Notes under the pieces: model-generated
What the model was told of the DNA's origin: nothing
The model's database searches: none
The model's input: the letters and a program-made list of their open reading frames with translations, nothing else
NCBI GenBank assembly: GCA_030167865.1
Contig: JALAGF010005445.1
Location: 1 to 34,534, forward strand
Direction: 5' to 3'
Length of the DNA stretch: 34,534 bases
Origin: Craspedostauros australis
Taxonomy: Eukaryota
Shown: positions 19,564-32,683 of the stretch, in pieces
How the letters are laid out: each line of letters opens with the position of its first letter
Position numbering within the stretch: position 1 is the first letter of the stretch
Program-made: the position numbers and the translations under genes

Positions 19564-21951
19564 TTTGATGGCGTGAGCACGAGTTGGTACGAGCATTGTG
19601 GAGCTGGCGACGAGCAGCAGCCGCGAACTTTCTTGCTCCGCAGAGGATGGCCAGCATCGTATGCAAATTCTGGTGTCATGGCGCGAACGCGCAGAGAACT
19701 TGAATCTTTATCATTGCACGATCACAAATCGCAAATCGAGCGCTGTGCCTCCCCGCTACACCCATTGGACCACCATGGTGAACTACCAGCTTTCTAATCC
19801 AGACTGCCCTGAATGGTGTGATGGTCAGGCAGTGTGAGACGTGGACTATCGCAATCCTCTGACACATACTCGTAGCCGGCACGCAAGGCAGACGAAGAGT
19901 GCCATTGATTCCCCGCTTCGGTCCCTGGTATTGCGTTGCCAAGAAGGGCTTGGATCAATGTGAGCGATCGCATGTCCTTATTTCTTAGCACAGCGAGTCG
20001 TCGTGCCATTGGTTCCTCCGCTTTTGTTCTGCGATCGTCCGCAGTACTTGCACTCGGCGCTGTTCCGTTCCGCTCTGCCGGCACTATCTTTTGGATCCAT
20101 CAATGCATTCCATTGTGGTGGATAGATGGATGGATGGACCAACAAGAAGACAGCTCCCGATGCCATAGTTCGTTCCATGCATGCTCCTATCTCCTCGGAT
20201 GTTGCTGTGAAGGCGGCTTTTGCAACAACGCGGACCTAAAATGTGAGGGCGGAAAAGACAGTGGTTCTGCGCGGAAAGGACCAGCTGGGAGTTATCATAC
20301 ATTTAACCGACAAAGGGATTGTTTGCAGCTTTGGCAAAATGACGCCGTGAGCGATCACGAATCGGTTCTGGGTCGGTTTCAACACAAGCATGAGTAACGA
20401 TGGCTCCCGTTTGATCGCGCAACAGTTCGCCCAGCGCGTTCCATTTTCGGACGAGCTTTTCACGTTGGGCGGTACCCTCCAACCACTCTTTGTGACACAT
20501 GGTGGAGTGGCTGTTGCCCAGAAGTTATCGACGGCAAAGGGAGAGAGAGAGAGAGCGGCGTTGATGTCGATCATGGGGAGGAACGCATGAGCTGATGCCT
20601 CCGAGCGCCGAAGCTCAGAACACAGAAACGCTCCTTCATCCATGGGTTTGTTTATAAAGCGCGATCTTCCCTCTGTGAAGAGTTGAAGTGTGACGAAGCT
20701 CGGCAACGCAGGCGGTGGCTACACTCACGCAATGGCAGCCACTGCGGTGACCACAATGACAACGGGATGCTTGCCGAAGGGAAGCCAGGCTTGGGCCTGC
20801 TGGGTCATGGCGTCCTGATTGTTGACTGCTATGGGCTAGGCCGAATATCTCGTGGCCATAGCTGCCTGACTCAAGCAAGAGCACAAGAAACGCGCATGTG
20901 CCCGCCCAAAATCTAAACATTCGGGCGGAAGGGTGGAAGATTCAAATCAGGTCAGATCAGATCTCTGGGGACTCCCAAGGTGGACGAGACTGGCAGTCTT
21001 TGTGCTTCTCTTGCTCTTTCTTACTCGCTTGCATGTTACTCGCTTGCTTGCTTGATGGATGTGGGCGGTGGTGGGCACAGTTGGTGCGCAAAAGGTGTCA
21101 GCTGATCGTCCATGTCCAAGTCCACACATACACTTTGCCTCTCTGTATTCGAGAGGTTGGATGTTTCTCTCCGAACCGCTACCAGCTCAGCACAAAAGTG
21201 CCCGGCAGTTGACAGATGGTGATCACTCTCCATTCCGCCAAAACTCCCCGTAGCCCGGATGAGTGCGACCTGTGGCGCAGCATTCCTGCATCCCCTCCCT
21301 GTGTTGATAGCACACATCGGATTCTCAGGTGATGTCAAACATGCAGAGACAGCATTGGGAGGACCAAAGATGGTTATACGCAGCCTCTTCCATGTGCGCC
21401 TAGTCGTATGCGTACAATGCACGCACGCTTCACTCGTTGACCGAATGAGAACCGTCTTGTCGTCCGCAACAGCCCACACACCGGTTGGAGTAAGAGCAAA
21501 GTACGCGAAGAGCACCATTCTCGCTATCATGATACTGCACATTGATATTCTTCAAACCACCCATGATCTGTGCTTGACATGATGTAAGCGCTGATATTTC
21601 CATTGGGCCCGCCACATGTGACAGGCAAACAGAAGCAGTCTTGTCGCTCATTCTTGGATGCTCTTCGGTTTCTGTTCGCCAGCAACATGATGGACCAAGA
21701 TCAAATCTTCCCGCGCGACCTTCTTCGTTCTTGGGGTCGATCGATACAGTTGCTTCTCATAAATTCTCCCCTTTGCTTTCGCAAACATCCACAGAGCATC
21801 GCATCTGCATTCAACGGAGGCCAAGCAAACAAACAAGCAAGCAAGCAAACAAGTAAAGGAAACAAGCGAAACATCGCCTGATCCAGACGGCGACCCTCCA
21901 CTGTCAAAGACGCCACCACCATCACTGATACCAACACCATTCTGAACGACC

Positions 21952-24194
21952 ATGGCACGGTCTCTCGCTGAGCAAAAGGCGTTGGCCTTCGGACCCAAGT
22001 TCTCCGCGTCCCTGTCGATATTGGGTTCGGCGGCAATCGTCTGGGAGGTGCTGCGGGACAAGAAGAAGCAGGGCATGGTGTACCATCGCATCTTGCTTGG
22101 CATGAGCATCTTCGACCTTCTCATCTCCTCGGCCTGGTTCATGAGCACCTGGCCAGTCCCAAGCGATACCCAGAGTACGTACAAGTAGAGTGCGGATGGT
22201 ACCAGCGATCATCCTTGTTGCGTTCGGCCCACTTTCTCATCGTCATTGTTGGTGCAGCGCAGGGAGCTGCACCGACACCTCATCAACCTCGTCCCATGCC
22301 AAGCAGAAAGCTCACTTCTGACACCACAACCTCTGCATTCCCTGCATACTCATACCCTTTCCCTTCTCAATGTGGCTGCTACTGCCGCTGCTGCTGCTGC
22401 TGCTGCTGGTGTTGCCGCTGCTGCTGGTGTTGCCGCTGCTGATGTTTCTCCACCCTCCTTCTCTTCCATCACGCATCTGTTCCTCGTACCACACCAGACA
22501 TCTGGGGGGCTGTAGGAAACCAAGCCTCATGCAACGCCCAAGGCTTCTTCATCCAGCTCAAGATCGCAAATCCCATGTACAACTCCGCCCTCGCATTGTA
22601 CTATGTGCTGGTGGTGCGGTACGGTTGGAAGGAAGAACGTCTCAAGAGGGTGGTCGAGCCTTTCTTCCACACCATCCCGGTCGTGCTGGCCGTCTCCACA
22701 TCGACTGCTGCCTTGGCGCTCGGGTTGTTCAACAACGCCAACCTATGGTGCTGGCTGGCGGCCTTTCCCTCCAACTGCTACCAGGGCAACAACGATCACG
22801 ACATATCAGAGATGGATGACCTGCCGCAGTGCGAGCGCGGGAAGCACGCATGGATCTACAGACTCGCCTTCTTCTACACCTGGTACTGGGCGAGCTTTGT
22901 TTGGGTCACCATCGCCATGTTCCTCGTGTACTGGACAGTCCGACAGGCAGAACAAGCCACCCAGAAGTACGCCGCGAGCACGAGAACTGCATCAGGGACT
23001 CCCTCATCGTCAAGATCCTCGAAGAACACGCGGCGAGTTGCAACGCAGGCGGTCCTCTACATCGTGGCGTACGGCCTGACGGCTCTGTTTGCCACCCTGA
23101 CTCGAGTCCTTCAAGCATTCGCCGACAAGGTGCCGTTCATTTTCGTGTTGGGTATGACCATCTTCTACCCCATGCAGGGATTGTTCAATTACCTGATCTA
23201 CATCCGTCCCAGATACCTGCGAAACCGTGAGAAGGGCCTCAAGGGCATTCAGGCAGCGACATCTCCTCACAAAGCCAAGAAGCGCCGACGAAATCACCGC
23301 AGCAAGCAGAGCAAAAAGAACACGAGCTCGAATCCCACCGTTAGCGATGACAACGTCAACGACGATGCAGCGGCGGCCGCGGGCAACAGCAATGGTGATG
23401 AGAAGCACCCCGGTGCGTTCTCGGGGCACAACCGAGTCATCAACATTTCCCTGGAATCCGGGGCGACAGCGATCTCGGGCGGCCACTCGATGGATCTCTC
23501 CAGCCCCAACGTGGGTTCATCCGCCAATCGCCCGTCGCAAGTCACCGACGACGAAGGAGACTACTTCGGTGATGACTACAAGCTTGGTTGTATGCTGGCA
23601 CGTGACAGTGACATGTTCGATTCCACAATCTCATCACAGCTCTTCCGGGATAGCGCCCTCTTCCAATCGCCCACAGCCAGATTCTCGAGATATTCCACTA
23701 CAAGCGCCACCGGCGAAGTCGTCACTATAGCGTCGCCGCACAGGGCGGGGCTGTCCATTCCATCGATGTCACCCACCCCAAAATCGCACTTCCAGCAACA
23801 GAAGACATCCACTCTGATGACAGATGACCACGACGAAAGCGAAGGCAACGGAGAGAAGAGCTTGCACACCGCCAGTTCATCATTGTCGCCTCGATTGCCC
23901 CAAGAGGCTCCTGCCGAACAAGCACAGCCACAGTCACAACCACGCTCACAGCAGCAATTGAGTCCTTCATCAATGATGAGCAACGGCAACCGGGTACGCG
24001 AGGCCATACGCCAAGTGTTGGCTGGTGAAGAATGTTCGCCCGAGGTTCCAACATCGCCGTTTCCAGCTCGAACGAGTTTGAGAAACTTGGATGTGCAACG
24101 CATCGCGAAGCTATACGACAGCAGCGATGAGAGCAGCAGTGACGACAACAGCGCTGTACGAGATGATGTTGGCAGAGGCGATGATGGCGTTTGA
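21952..24194 (+). CDS. 7-TM GPCR-like receptor (cAMP-receptor/Git3-like) with long Ser-rich C-tail; exons 21952-22174 and 22498-24194 (~639 aa)
   Basis: Seven hydrophobic segments. Motifs SLSILGS, YHRILLGMSIFD, CNAQGFFIQ, YNSALALYY, WCW, PMQGLFNYLIYIRPR. A GTACGT...CCAG intron joins SDTQ-N-IWGAVGN in frame. Confidence 0.88.
22375..22441. repeat. Intronic imperfect (GCT)n microsatellite
   Basis: Read directly; explains the spurious poly-L, poly-A and poly-C ORFs here. Confidence 0.9.
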
Positions 24195-24915
24195 CCTCGC
24201 AACTCAATACCAGGTCGGGGAGGTACGAGTTCGAGTAAATCCACATCGAATAACATACAATAGTACATAGAGCAGAGAGGTCACCGCAGCTTTTGTCTTC
24301 TTCAGCCAAGCGACAACCAACCAGTAGCAGTTCCATACGAGCTAGGCCGCAGGCTTGCCAGTTGCGTAGACACCCTGTTGCACGTTTACATGGCTCGAGT
24401 GTGATGGGATAGATTTGGAAAGTGTTGTAATTAGCTGTAAATTGGTTGTCCCACGCGACGCGAGGTCTTCTATCCATCAGGTTTTCTTCACTGTCCCACG
24501 AGGATCGTTTTGCTTGTGCGGTTTGGATTCAATCTTTCGGCCTGTGCTTCTGTGAAGTAGTAGTATGGTGCGTGTATGGTTTGACTGTGTGTGCCTGTGC
24601 ATTGGTGCATTAGTCACGACGTCGCGAGAGATGTCGGAATGCTCAGGATGAAGGCAGGCACAACATGCGCGTGCGCGAATATCACAATTGGACTTCACGC
24701 ACGAATGAAGCTGCGTGCATGATGGTTGTTGCCTGCCGACGTTATCACGGCACTTCATGAATCTGAAATATCATTCGTGGTCAAGCACGATGCGACCTTG
24801 CAGATTGTATTGAGCGTGCGAGTATGCATCTGCTCTGTTCCCTCCATTCACTGGTTGCTGTTCGTCTTTCGGACTGCCCCGCGCTGTCACATATCAGTTC
24901 TACATCTACCATGCT

Positions 24916-26215
24916 CTACGATGGTCCGCATCCAACAGACATGCGTGTGTCGGCTCCAGTCTTTGGGTTTTCTCCCTTGAGGGTTGGGTTTTTGCATAGG
25001 GCCTTGATGTCGAAGTTGCCAATGTAGGCCTCCGAGAAGTCCGCACCTTCGACGTTGGCATTCTCAAAACTGGTTCCGGTCAGCAGGGCGTTGTTGAAGA
25101 TCGCATTCTTCAACGAACTGTGGGATGGTGCATTTTTCATTGTTGGTCGTCGTCGATGACGTTTTCGTTTTGCGATTGGATTTGATGGAACAGAAGAGCG
25201 CGATCGCGGATGGGTGAGAAGGAGGACATGCAGAATGTATCGTAGAGCGGACGTTCCACTAGTCGAATGTGTGCGGATCGTGCCTCATCGAGAGTCAGAA
25301 TACACCTAATGCGAATCTGAAAGCGAAGCTTGAATCGTCTGCGCGTTGCCACTCACCTTCCCTTGAAAGATGCACGATCGACGATGGCGTTTGTGAAATC
25401 AGCGCCATCGAAATTCGAGTCTGCGCAGATTCATGATGGACGTAGGTGCGCATTTGTGATGGTGCGTGGTGGATTGATTGTAGCATGATTGCAGTAATCC
25501 ATCATCGATTGAGGATTTGGATTTTGGCATGGATTGACGAACAGGAAAGAATTGGATGAGTCATGAAGTCAGCAAGTGCACACTTTGGTACCACGCCATC
25601 GAATCTCGGTGCAAATCGTGACATGCACACAGCCGAACAACATCCGTACACGTTGCTTCCACCGCATGCTCATTCATATTATACATTCATTCATTCATTC
25701 ATGCATCCATTAAGCCAGTCAGTCAGTCAGCCATCTACAAACATTCCGTTTCACCCACCATGCAAGTACCCCTTGCTGAAGTATGCATCCTGGAAGTTGG
25801 CGTTCGACACATCGGTGCCAGTCATGAGAACACCGGACAGATCGAAGCCAGCCGCCTTGGCACCGGACAACGAGCACTTGCGCAGATCGTACAGCTTGTC
25901 GCGTGCGGCGTTGGCCTGCCCGATGCTGCTGCTGCTGAAAGTGCAACGGTTCTTGTCGGAAATGTCGATGGGGGGCAGCTTGAACTTCTCCGTTTGTCCG
26001 TCCGCGTGGACAGCGAGGGGGCTGCCCAGCAGCGACAAGCCGACGACGGATGTCAGCGCCACGTTGCGGGCGAGCTTCACGATGGCATCTCTGGCATCAT
26101 CGGCGGAGCTCGATGCCTGCAGTTGCGTTGGGTTGGCAGTCGCTGGGCTTGGGGCAACGAAGGCAGCGACAGGGGAGGCTGCGGCGCAGACGACGAGGGC
26201 AATGGAGAGCTTCAT
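24916..26215 (-). CDS. Thylakoid-lumen pentapeptide-repeat protein, TL17-like (240 aa); exons 26215-25759, 25420-25357, 25117-24916
   Basis: Signal peptide MKLSIALVVCAAASPVAAF|VAP, transit peptide, and lumen signal ending VHA. Mature region LPP...NRC...IGQAN...DLRKC, then pentapeptides (ANFQD, ADFTN, ASFKG, AIFNN, ADFSE) and C-terminal LCKN...VGC, resembling plant TL17. Two GT-AG introns with consistent phases. Confidence 0.92.
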
Positions 26216-27280
26216 GTTTCTATTCTGTTCTGTTCTGGCAATGGTTGTGTGGTTTGCTATGGTTGTGGTTGTGGCTACACTGATATGGGTTGTTCCAAAT
26301 GATGTCACGTGCGTTGTTGTGGAGCGGAACGGAGCAGAGTTGCCCCAACACTTGACGGGGTACGAGCTGCTCGTGTATTGCGTGACGTTGGGTTTCGTCA
26401 AGATCTTGCAGTGTCGTTGTTTTCGTGGTGTGTGTTGCCGCTGTGTGTGTCGGTTGATGAGTGACGCAGATGCGCTGACGGTTGTTCGTTTTGCACATCG
26501 TGGTGGTATCTTCGACACATTCGACTCTTTATTGGGAAACTTGGACAACGTCAGACGTGACTGTTGTACAATTCGTGACTGGATGCGGCTCTGTTTGGCA
26601 AATCTGGCACTCGTGTTCTCTTGTGTGGTGATGTGATGCAAGGATATCTGAGGCACAAAGATACGGCAATCTTGTTGATGCCATCCAGGAGTGGCACCTC
26701 CATTCCAGAGCCTCCTACAATGCCATACCTTGCACACCCATCATCATCCCAACACATGTTGCTGCTCCCTTGGGGAGATACAGCTTCAGGCCTGCATATG
26801 GGACCAAGGTGAAACCGCTTGTGTGTCTTCTCCAACAATGCCACTTGATTCTGGAATGTGACACATATCTGGGTTCCGTACAACCCTGGGAGGTCACAGT
26901 TGCGCAAAAATGACTGCACTCACATGTTTTTGTTTGTGCAGAACTTTCACGATCAAATGTTCCAAACAAGAACATGGAATATTCACAAAAAATAATCTTT
27001 GAATACCACAACACATATGTTCTCCTGATCGTTTAGGAATCTAACTTCTCCAAGCATATGCGGAATGTGTTTTGTGTGTCATCAGTCAATCATTGGAGAT
27101 ATATTGTCCCTCAGCCAAGATACATGAACCTGAGGAATTCATTAGACAAGACATCTGTGTTTGTTGCTGACACATTCATGTTCTGGCATCTCTGTCTGAA
27201 TGAGTTCACCTCAGACAAGATTGCAGCATGGAAAACCACATGAGAACTGAAATGGATTGTGCATCCATGACACAGTGAGT

Positions 27281-27502
27281 TGTTAGGAAAGCAGCAACAG
27301 ACAGATCCAATAGGGATTAAAACTGTACAAGTTTGCAGCAGGACAACAAGAGGTTGAGTGTGAGCTGATCTGAGACAAACAGATCAAGCTCACAAAACGA
27401 AGGAATGCCAAACTACAAGATAACTTAGAAACCAGATGGCCAAATCATTTGCAGCATTCTCCCTGGTCTGCATGATAAAGAGGTTGAGGATATGTTTCAA
27501 CA
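27281..27502 (+). mobile_element. Putative 5' LTR (222 bp) of the plus-strand copia element
   Basis: TGTTAGGAAA...TTTCAACA termini, ending 71 bp upstream of the gag ATG. No 3' partner in the window. Confidence 0.65.
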
Positions 27503-27573
27503 CGTTTTAAAACGTGTCCTGAGAAAGATAGACACAAGCAGTTGGGTCACCAAGGCTGAAGAACAATGGCAAG

Positions 27574-29809
27574 ATGGATGAAGACAGGGTCAAGTTGGTG
27601 AAGGTCGAAAAGTTCGATGGCAAGGACTTTGACGAGTGGTTGGACATCTTCATGGCTCTCGTTGCGTGCAAGGGATACAATGAGGTGTTGGACGAGACGG
27701 TCGCGGTACCAAGGCATGACCAGGCAGTCAAGAGTGAAGTGGAAAAGAAAGCAGAGCGGATGAACAAGGATGCGTATAGCACACTGATGCTCAGCACTGA
27801 GGGACTGGCAAGAAGCATCATGAGGGAGTGCAAGACAGATCGCCAACCCAAGGGTGATGCTGTGGCAGTGTGGAAGGAACATCAAGACAGGTGTGCACCA
27901 AGGGACAAGGCAGACAAGGTGACCAAACTCAACGAATTCACCAGGTGCACTCTACAGACACTGTAAGAAGACCCAAGCCAGTGGATGTTGTGGATCAACA
28001 AGATAGTCAAGGAACTGAAGGAATCCAGCATGAAGAAGATTGATGACAACTGCATTGCTCATGTGATGGTAAACCAACCCAAGGAGATCTACAGTGAGGC
28101 GAAGACGACACTGGACAGAGAGTTGAATGACGGAGATCCCAAGTGGGAGTCGCTGAAGAAGCCCCTGATCCAATTCTGGAAGAGGAAGGTGAGGACAAGT
28201 GAGGATGGGAGCACTGCCTCGACTTCAACCAACAAGGCCTTCAACACCATGGTGAAGGGATATCAGAGCGGGTTCAAGGGCACGTGTCGCAAGCATGGAG
28301 AATATGGACACAAGGCAGCAAAGTGCACCAAGTCACCAACCAACAACAATGACTACCTCCAACAATCAAGTGCTACAGATGCAAGAAGCAAGGGCACAAG
28401 GCCAAGGATAGTCTGGATATGAGCGGAAAGGATGGACAAGCAGGAGGAACCAGGAATGCACATGCAGGAATGTTTGCTGGCATGGCAGCCATATCCCATG
28501 CAACAGGGACAGATGACAGGCAGGCAGACAGGCAGACAGGCAGACAGGAGACAAGAACAAGTGGCTGGCTGATACTGGAGCCACATGCCATGTAACATGG
28601 TCAACCGAAGAGATCACAGATCTGGTGGCGGTCACCGATGACAGACAGGTTCAGGTGGGAGACTGCAACATGGTGACACCAACCCATGTGGGGGAATTCC
28701 ATGGAGAGTGCCTGGACGGCACCGAGTTCATCTTGAAGTCAGTCTTCGTGGTCCCAGGATTCACACACAGCATCATCAGTATTCCCCAATTCCTGGAGAA
28801 GGGATGCACACTCAGTGGAGGCAAGGATGATTTCACTTTGAAGCATCCAAGCACTGACATCAGTTTGAAGTTCCAACATGACGAGGACAATGGAGAAGGC
28901 AACCTGTACTTCCTCAAATGCAAGTCAAAGGGGAAGCCAATGGAATCCATCATGGCAATGGGAACTGTGGAGAGGAAGATCACCAAGGATGTCAATCGAG
29001 CTCATCGCATCCTGGGGCATCCAAACGAGCGCTACACCAAGCTGACAGCCGCAAAGGCAGGTTGGTCACTCATTGGAACTTGGAGAGCATGTGAGGCAAA
29101 AGCGAAGGGAGTGCAGAAGAAGGCCTTTGAGAAGGCTACCAACATCGCTCAATGCCTATACTTTGACATATCGGGTCCATACAAGAAGATGGCCAAAGGA
29201 AGCAACTACTGGCTGTTGATCGTGGATGAGGTTTTGCAGAAGAAGTCGAGTTACTTCCTGAAGAACAAGAGCCAACTCGCAGGACAGGTGGAGACTCTGC
29301 TCACCACACTCAAAGGTGCAGATCTGAAGGTGGAGGCCATTCGGTGTGACGACGCTGGTGAGAACCAAAGGAAGCTGGAGAAGGTCTGTGACGAGCATGG
29401 AATCCAACTGGAGTACACTGCCCCCAACACACCGATGATGAATGGTGTTGTCCAGAGAGGATTCGTGACGATTGGAGATTCGGCACTCCCGCTTATGTTG
29501 AATACTGATCTCACGGACGAGGCACAAGGACGGCTTTGGGCGGAGGCAATCCACACAGCAACCTGGCTCCATAACCTGACAGTCACGACAAGCAGGGACA
29601 AGAGTCCAGATGAAATCTTCTATGGCCAGAATCCCAAGCTCTACCTGCATCTGATGGAATGGGGACGTGTCGGATACGTGACAGATCGCGCCAAGAAGCC
29701 AAAGCTGACACCGAAAGCATTCAAAACGGTGATGCTGGGCTATGCTGACAACCATGCAGGCGATACATACCGGATGCCGAAGGTCGACACCAACAAGGTG
29801 GCGATATCC
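27574..29809 (+). mobile_element. Ty1/copia gag-protease-integrase remnant, degenerate, truncated before RT
   Basis: Gag start FDGKDFDEW; in-frame TAA at 27964; two decayed zinc knuckles (CRKHGEYGHKAAKC, and CYRCKKQGHKAKDS in a shifted frame); protease WLADTGATCH at 28562; HRILGH; integrase FDISGP, IRCDDAGE, NGVVQR (E to Q); LGYADNH. Protease-then-integrase order is copia-type. Confidence 0.93.
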
Positions 29810-31350
29810 TCCCATTCTCGACCACCGATTGTCAAGAGCACAGCTGTGGACACAGTTGATGACAGCAATGACTCCGATGTGGAAGACGATTGGATTGTGG
29901 ATCCATCCAGCGACTGTAACAGTTATGATGACGAGGATGCTCCCACCAAAACGGTTTCTGTCATTGCCAACAACATCAACACAGATGTCTACAATCAAGC
30001 AGACACCCAGGTCGCAGCTGGGACAACTCCAGCTGAACTCATACCAGATTTGGTTTGTCCTCTTCAGTCAACAACCAACAACGCAAACACTCCAAATACA
30101 AATGAACAGGATCAGCCATCGCCTGTGGCCACAGAGGGAGAATCCATGACGAAAACAGAGCGATTGGCAACCATGGATCTTGAAAAGAAGCTCCTCGATC
30201 CAATAAAGGAGCAATTCAAGGTCACAGTCGGCTGTGCATGCACATCAGCCTACAATCTCTTGAAAGAAGAGGTTCAACAACTTTGCATGAACACTGTGGA
30301 TCTGTGCGGGATGCTGCAACCAGATGTTGCAAGACTGATTGATCTCTTCTTTGATGAGAAATCTGAGATCTACCATGATGCCTTTGCTTTGACTCCAGTC
30401 ATATTCATGCCCAAGGAGTATTATCAATTCATGTGGGCATTTGCTTACCAGGTCAAGCGTGTTTGCACCGTCAAGGAACTGTTCAATATCGAGTCAGTTG
30501 ATGGCATCCCTGGTTTCCCCACCAACTAGGAGTACCGCAACCTTTGGAAGCGGATCAACAAAGGGGCACGATCTGGTAATAAGCAGAGGAGGCACTTCTG
30601 AAGTCACCTACAGAAGGCTTCCAATAAACTTCTTGACAAGGTGGCTCTGAGAGACATGGAAACGGAATGTGTGGTGACCTTGGATGATGATAAGGTCCAT
30701 TCATACAGCAATGGAAATACTGGTGGACTGTCTATCAAATGCCATGTCCAAAGCAACAGACCAGAGTTAGTTTTCACAGGTCATCAGGAGTGCTCTCCTG
30801 TTTGTCTGTACCTTCATCGATCATACCTATCCATTTCACTATGCCTCTCATCCACTGTTCAACAATTTGTCACAGTCCGGTTGCAATTTCTGGAGTCCGC
30901 ACTGCATCAGCCATGCCATGTGGAATCGGCTTCATCTGTGAACGACATGATGACAACTTCGAAGCAACGATGAAATCGGTCAACCAACAGTTTCTCAACC
31001 ATGGCACACTTCTAGATGACATGACCCTAATGATTAATCGTGGGTTCATCGATATCAAGTTCAGGAAGCAGTTGCTTGAACTTGGCATTGGCATACAGGG
31101 GATGCACAAGCGAACTGGGTCTGTTCCGTTTGGTTATGGAGCCCATGGAACCACCAATGGGAAGCAAATCTTGATCCAACAGGGGGGACCCAAACCTATG
31201 TGTGTGGTAGTTTCCAGCAAGCTGAACAGAAAGAAGTCTGAATGTGTGGCCTACTGTGACAACAGGAAAGTTGTGTGGACCATGTCTTCACAGCCACAGC
31301 ATTTCTCCTGGGACCTGAAACTTCGCAACCCTGCTGACGAAAAGTGATAC
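29810..31350 (+). pseudogene. Degenerate DDD-type DNA transposase, piggyBac-like (tentative)
   Basis: The frame continues through stops at 30527 and 30599 to VVTLDDDKVH...GL...HV.SNR. After a frameshift come LMINRGF (DRGY-like) and GMHKRTGSVPFGYG (GTxKR...PF-like). Boundaries are approximate. Confidence 0.5.
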
Positions 31351-32683
31351 AACGAGATGCTTCAGTGTGAGACTGGTGTCAACCATCAGAGTGACTCACT
31401 GCCACAGTTCTTCCATCTCTTATACAACTGTCCACGCAAATCAGTGGCAATGTCGAGAGCCTACACTGCAGCTAACCTGATGGACAACAGCACATTGAAG
31501 AGACTCAACGAGAACTTTTCTGGTGATTCCAAGTCTGCAAAGGCTAGAGAGGCTGCTTCTGAAGCGAAGCAAAAGGAACTGTTGGTGTTCGTGGCGATCA
31601 TGGTCCACGTGGCGGAGCAGAGGAGCAACACAATGACCAAAATGACCAGGCAGAGGCAAAGAAACGCAGCCGTGGAGCACAACACGACAAAGCACGAAGT
31701 GTGGCACCAGCAAGAAACAACAAAACAACCCCATAAAATCAAACAAACAGTATCCGACAACACAAAACACAAGTGAACTCACACAGCGCATGCTCTGGTT
31801 TCCATCTTCAGCTCACAGCTGGGTAAGGAACTGTGCATAGCACTGTTGTATCAACAGGAACAAGAGGCCGTGAAAACTGGAAGGACTGCATTCACTCTCT
31901 CCAAGTGAAAGAGTTCACCTGCTGTCAAGAAGATACACTTTGGTTCTTCCTTTGTAATAGAGCTAAACTAGTACCTACCTTAGAGAGCGAGGCTACGAAC
32001 CGTCTGACCCGTCAGCATTCCAGTAGATCGAATGCATACCTCACCGGCCCCCACGTTTGGGGATCGATCCAGAACATTGAAGCAGATCTTTGGAACCCGC
32101 GTCAAGGAACCAGAAGGGTTCCGATAACCAGGTCACTGAAACCCATCATCGCCAAAACGCTGACACATGGAAACAGTACCCCAGCAACGCACATCATTGC
32201 CCCTTGTCTCTCACGGAACTCAGCCAAGGGATCTCGGCCCACGGTACTTGGGCTACGTGACTCATACTCACTGTCACTCAGGACACCACAAGAGACCCTC
32301 CCTGCAGGGAAGAGCCATAGCACTAATCTCACAATCCGCACATTTCTTCACCGTCTACCAGTATTCTCAATTGACTACTTGTGGAACAGAAGACTCATGT
32401 TCAGACCGCTTGCCAATCAAGCCTCTGCCCACAGCTATCAACAGCCATTACGTTTGGGCTCTATTAACAACACAACAATGGGTCAATAAATCTCTTGGTT
32501 GCATTCCTCCAAATCAATTTATCAGCATTGCAAGTGCTTTCGATCCTGATCCAGCCACTGCATACTTCTGCTCGCCATCAAACCATGCGTATCCCGTCAT
32601 GGACGAGAATTGTTGCAGGTTGTGTGGTGCCAATGTGGACCCTGCAAGGCAGTGAATGAGAGAAACATGACAATAAGAACAAT

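Noticed and set aside
19600..21900. Cluster of 60-180-aa ORFs between the glycosyltransferase and the GPCR
   Set aside because: No recognisable domain or consistent exon structure. A decayed gene cannot be excluded without a search.
31833..32683. Possible non-LTR retrotransposon remnant (CRLCGANVD zinc-finger-like motif)
   Set aside because: Only a single short motif with no RT or endonuclease signature nearby.
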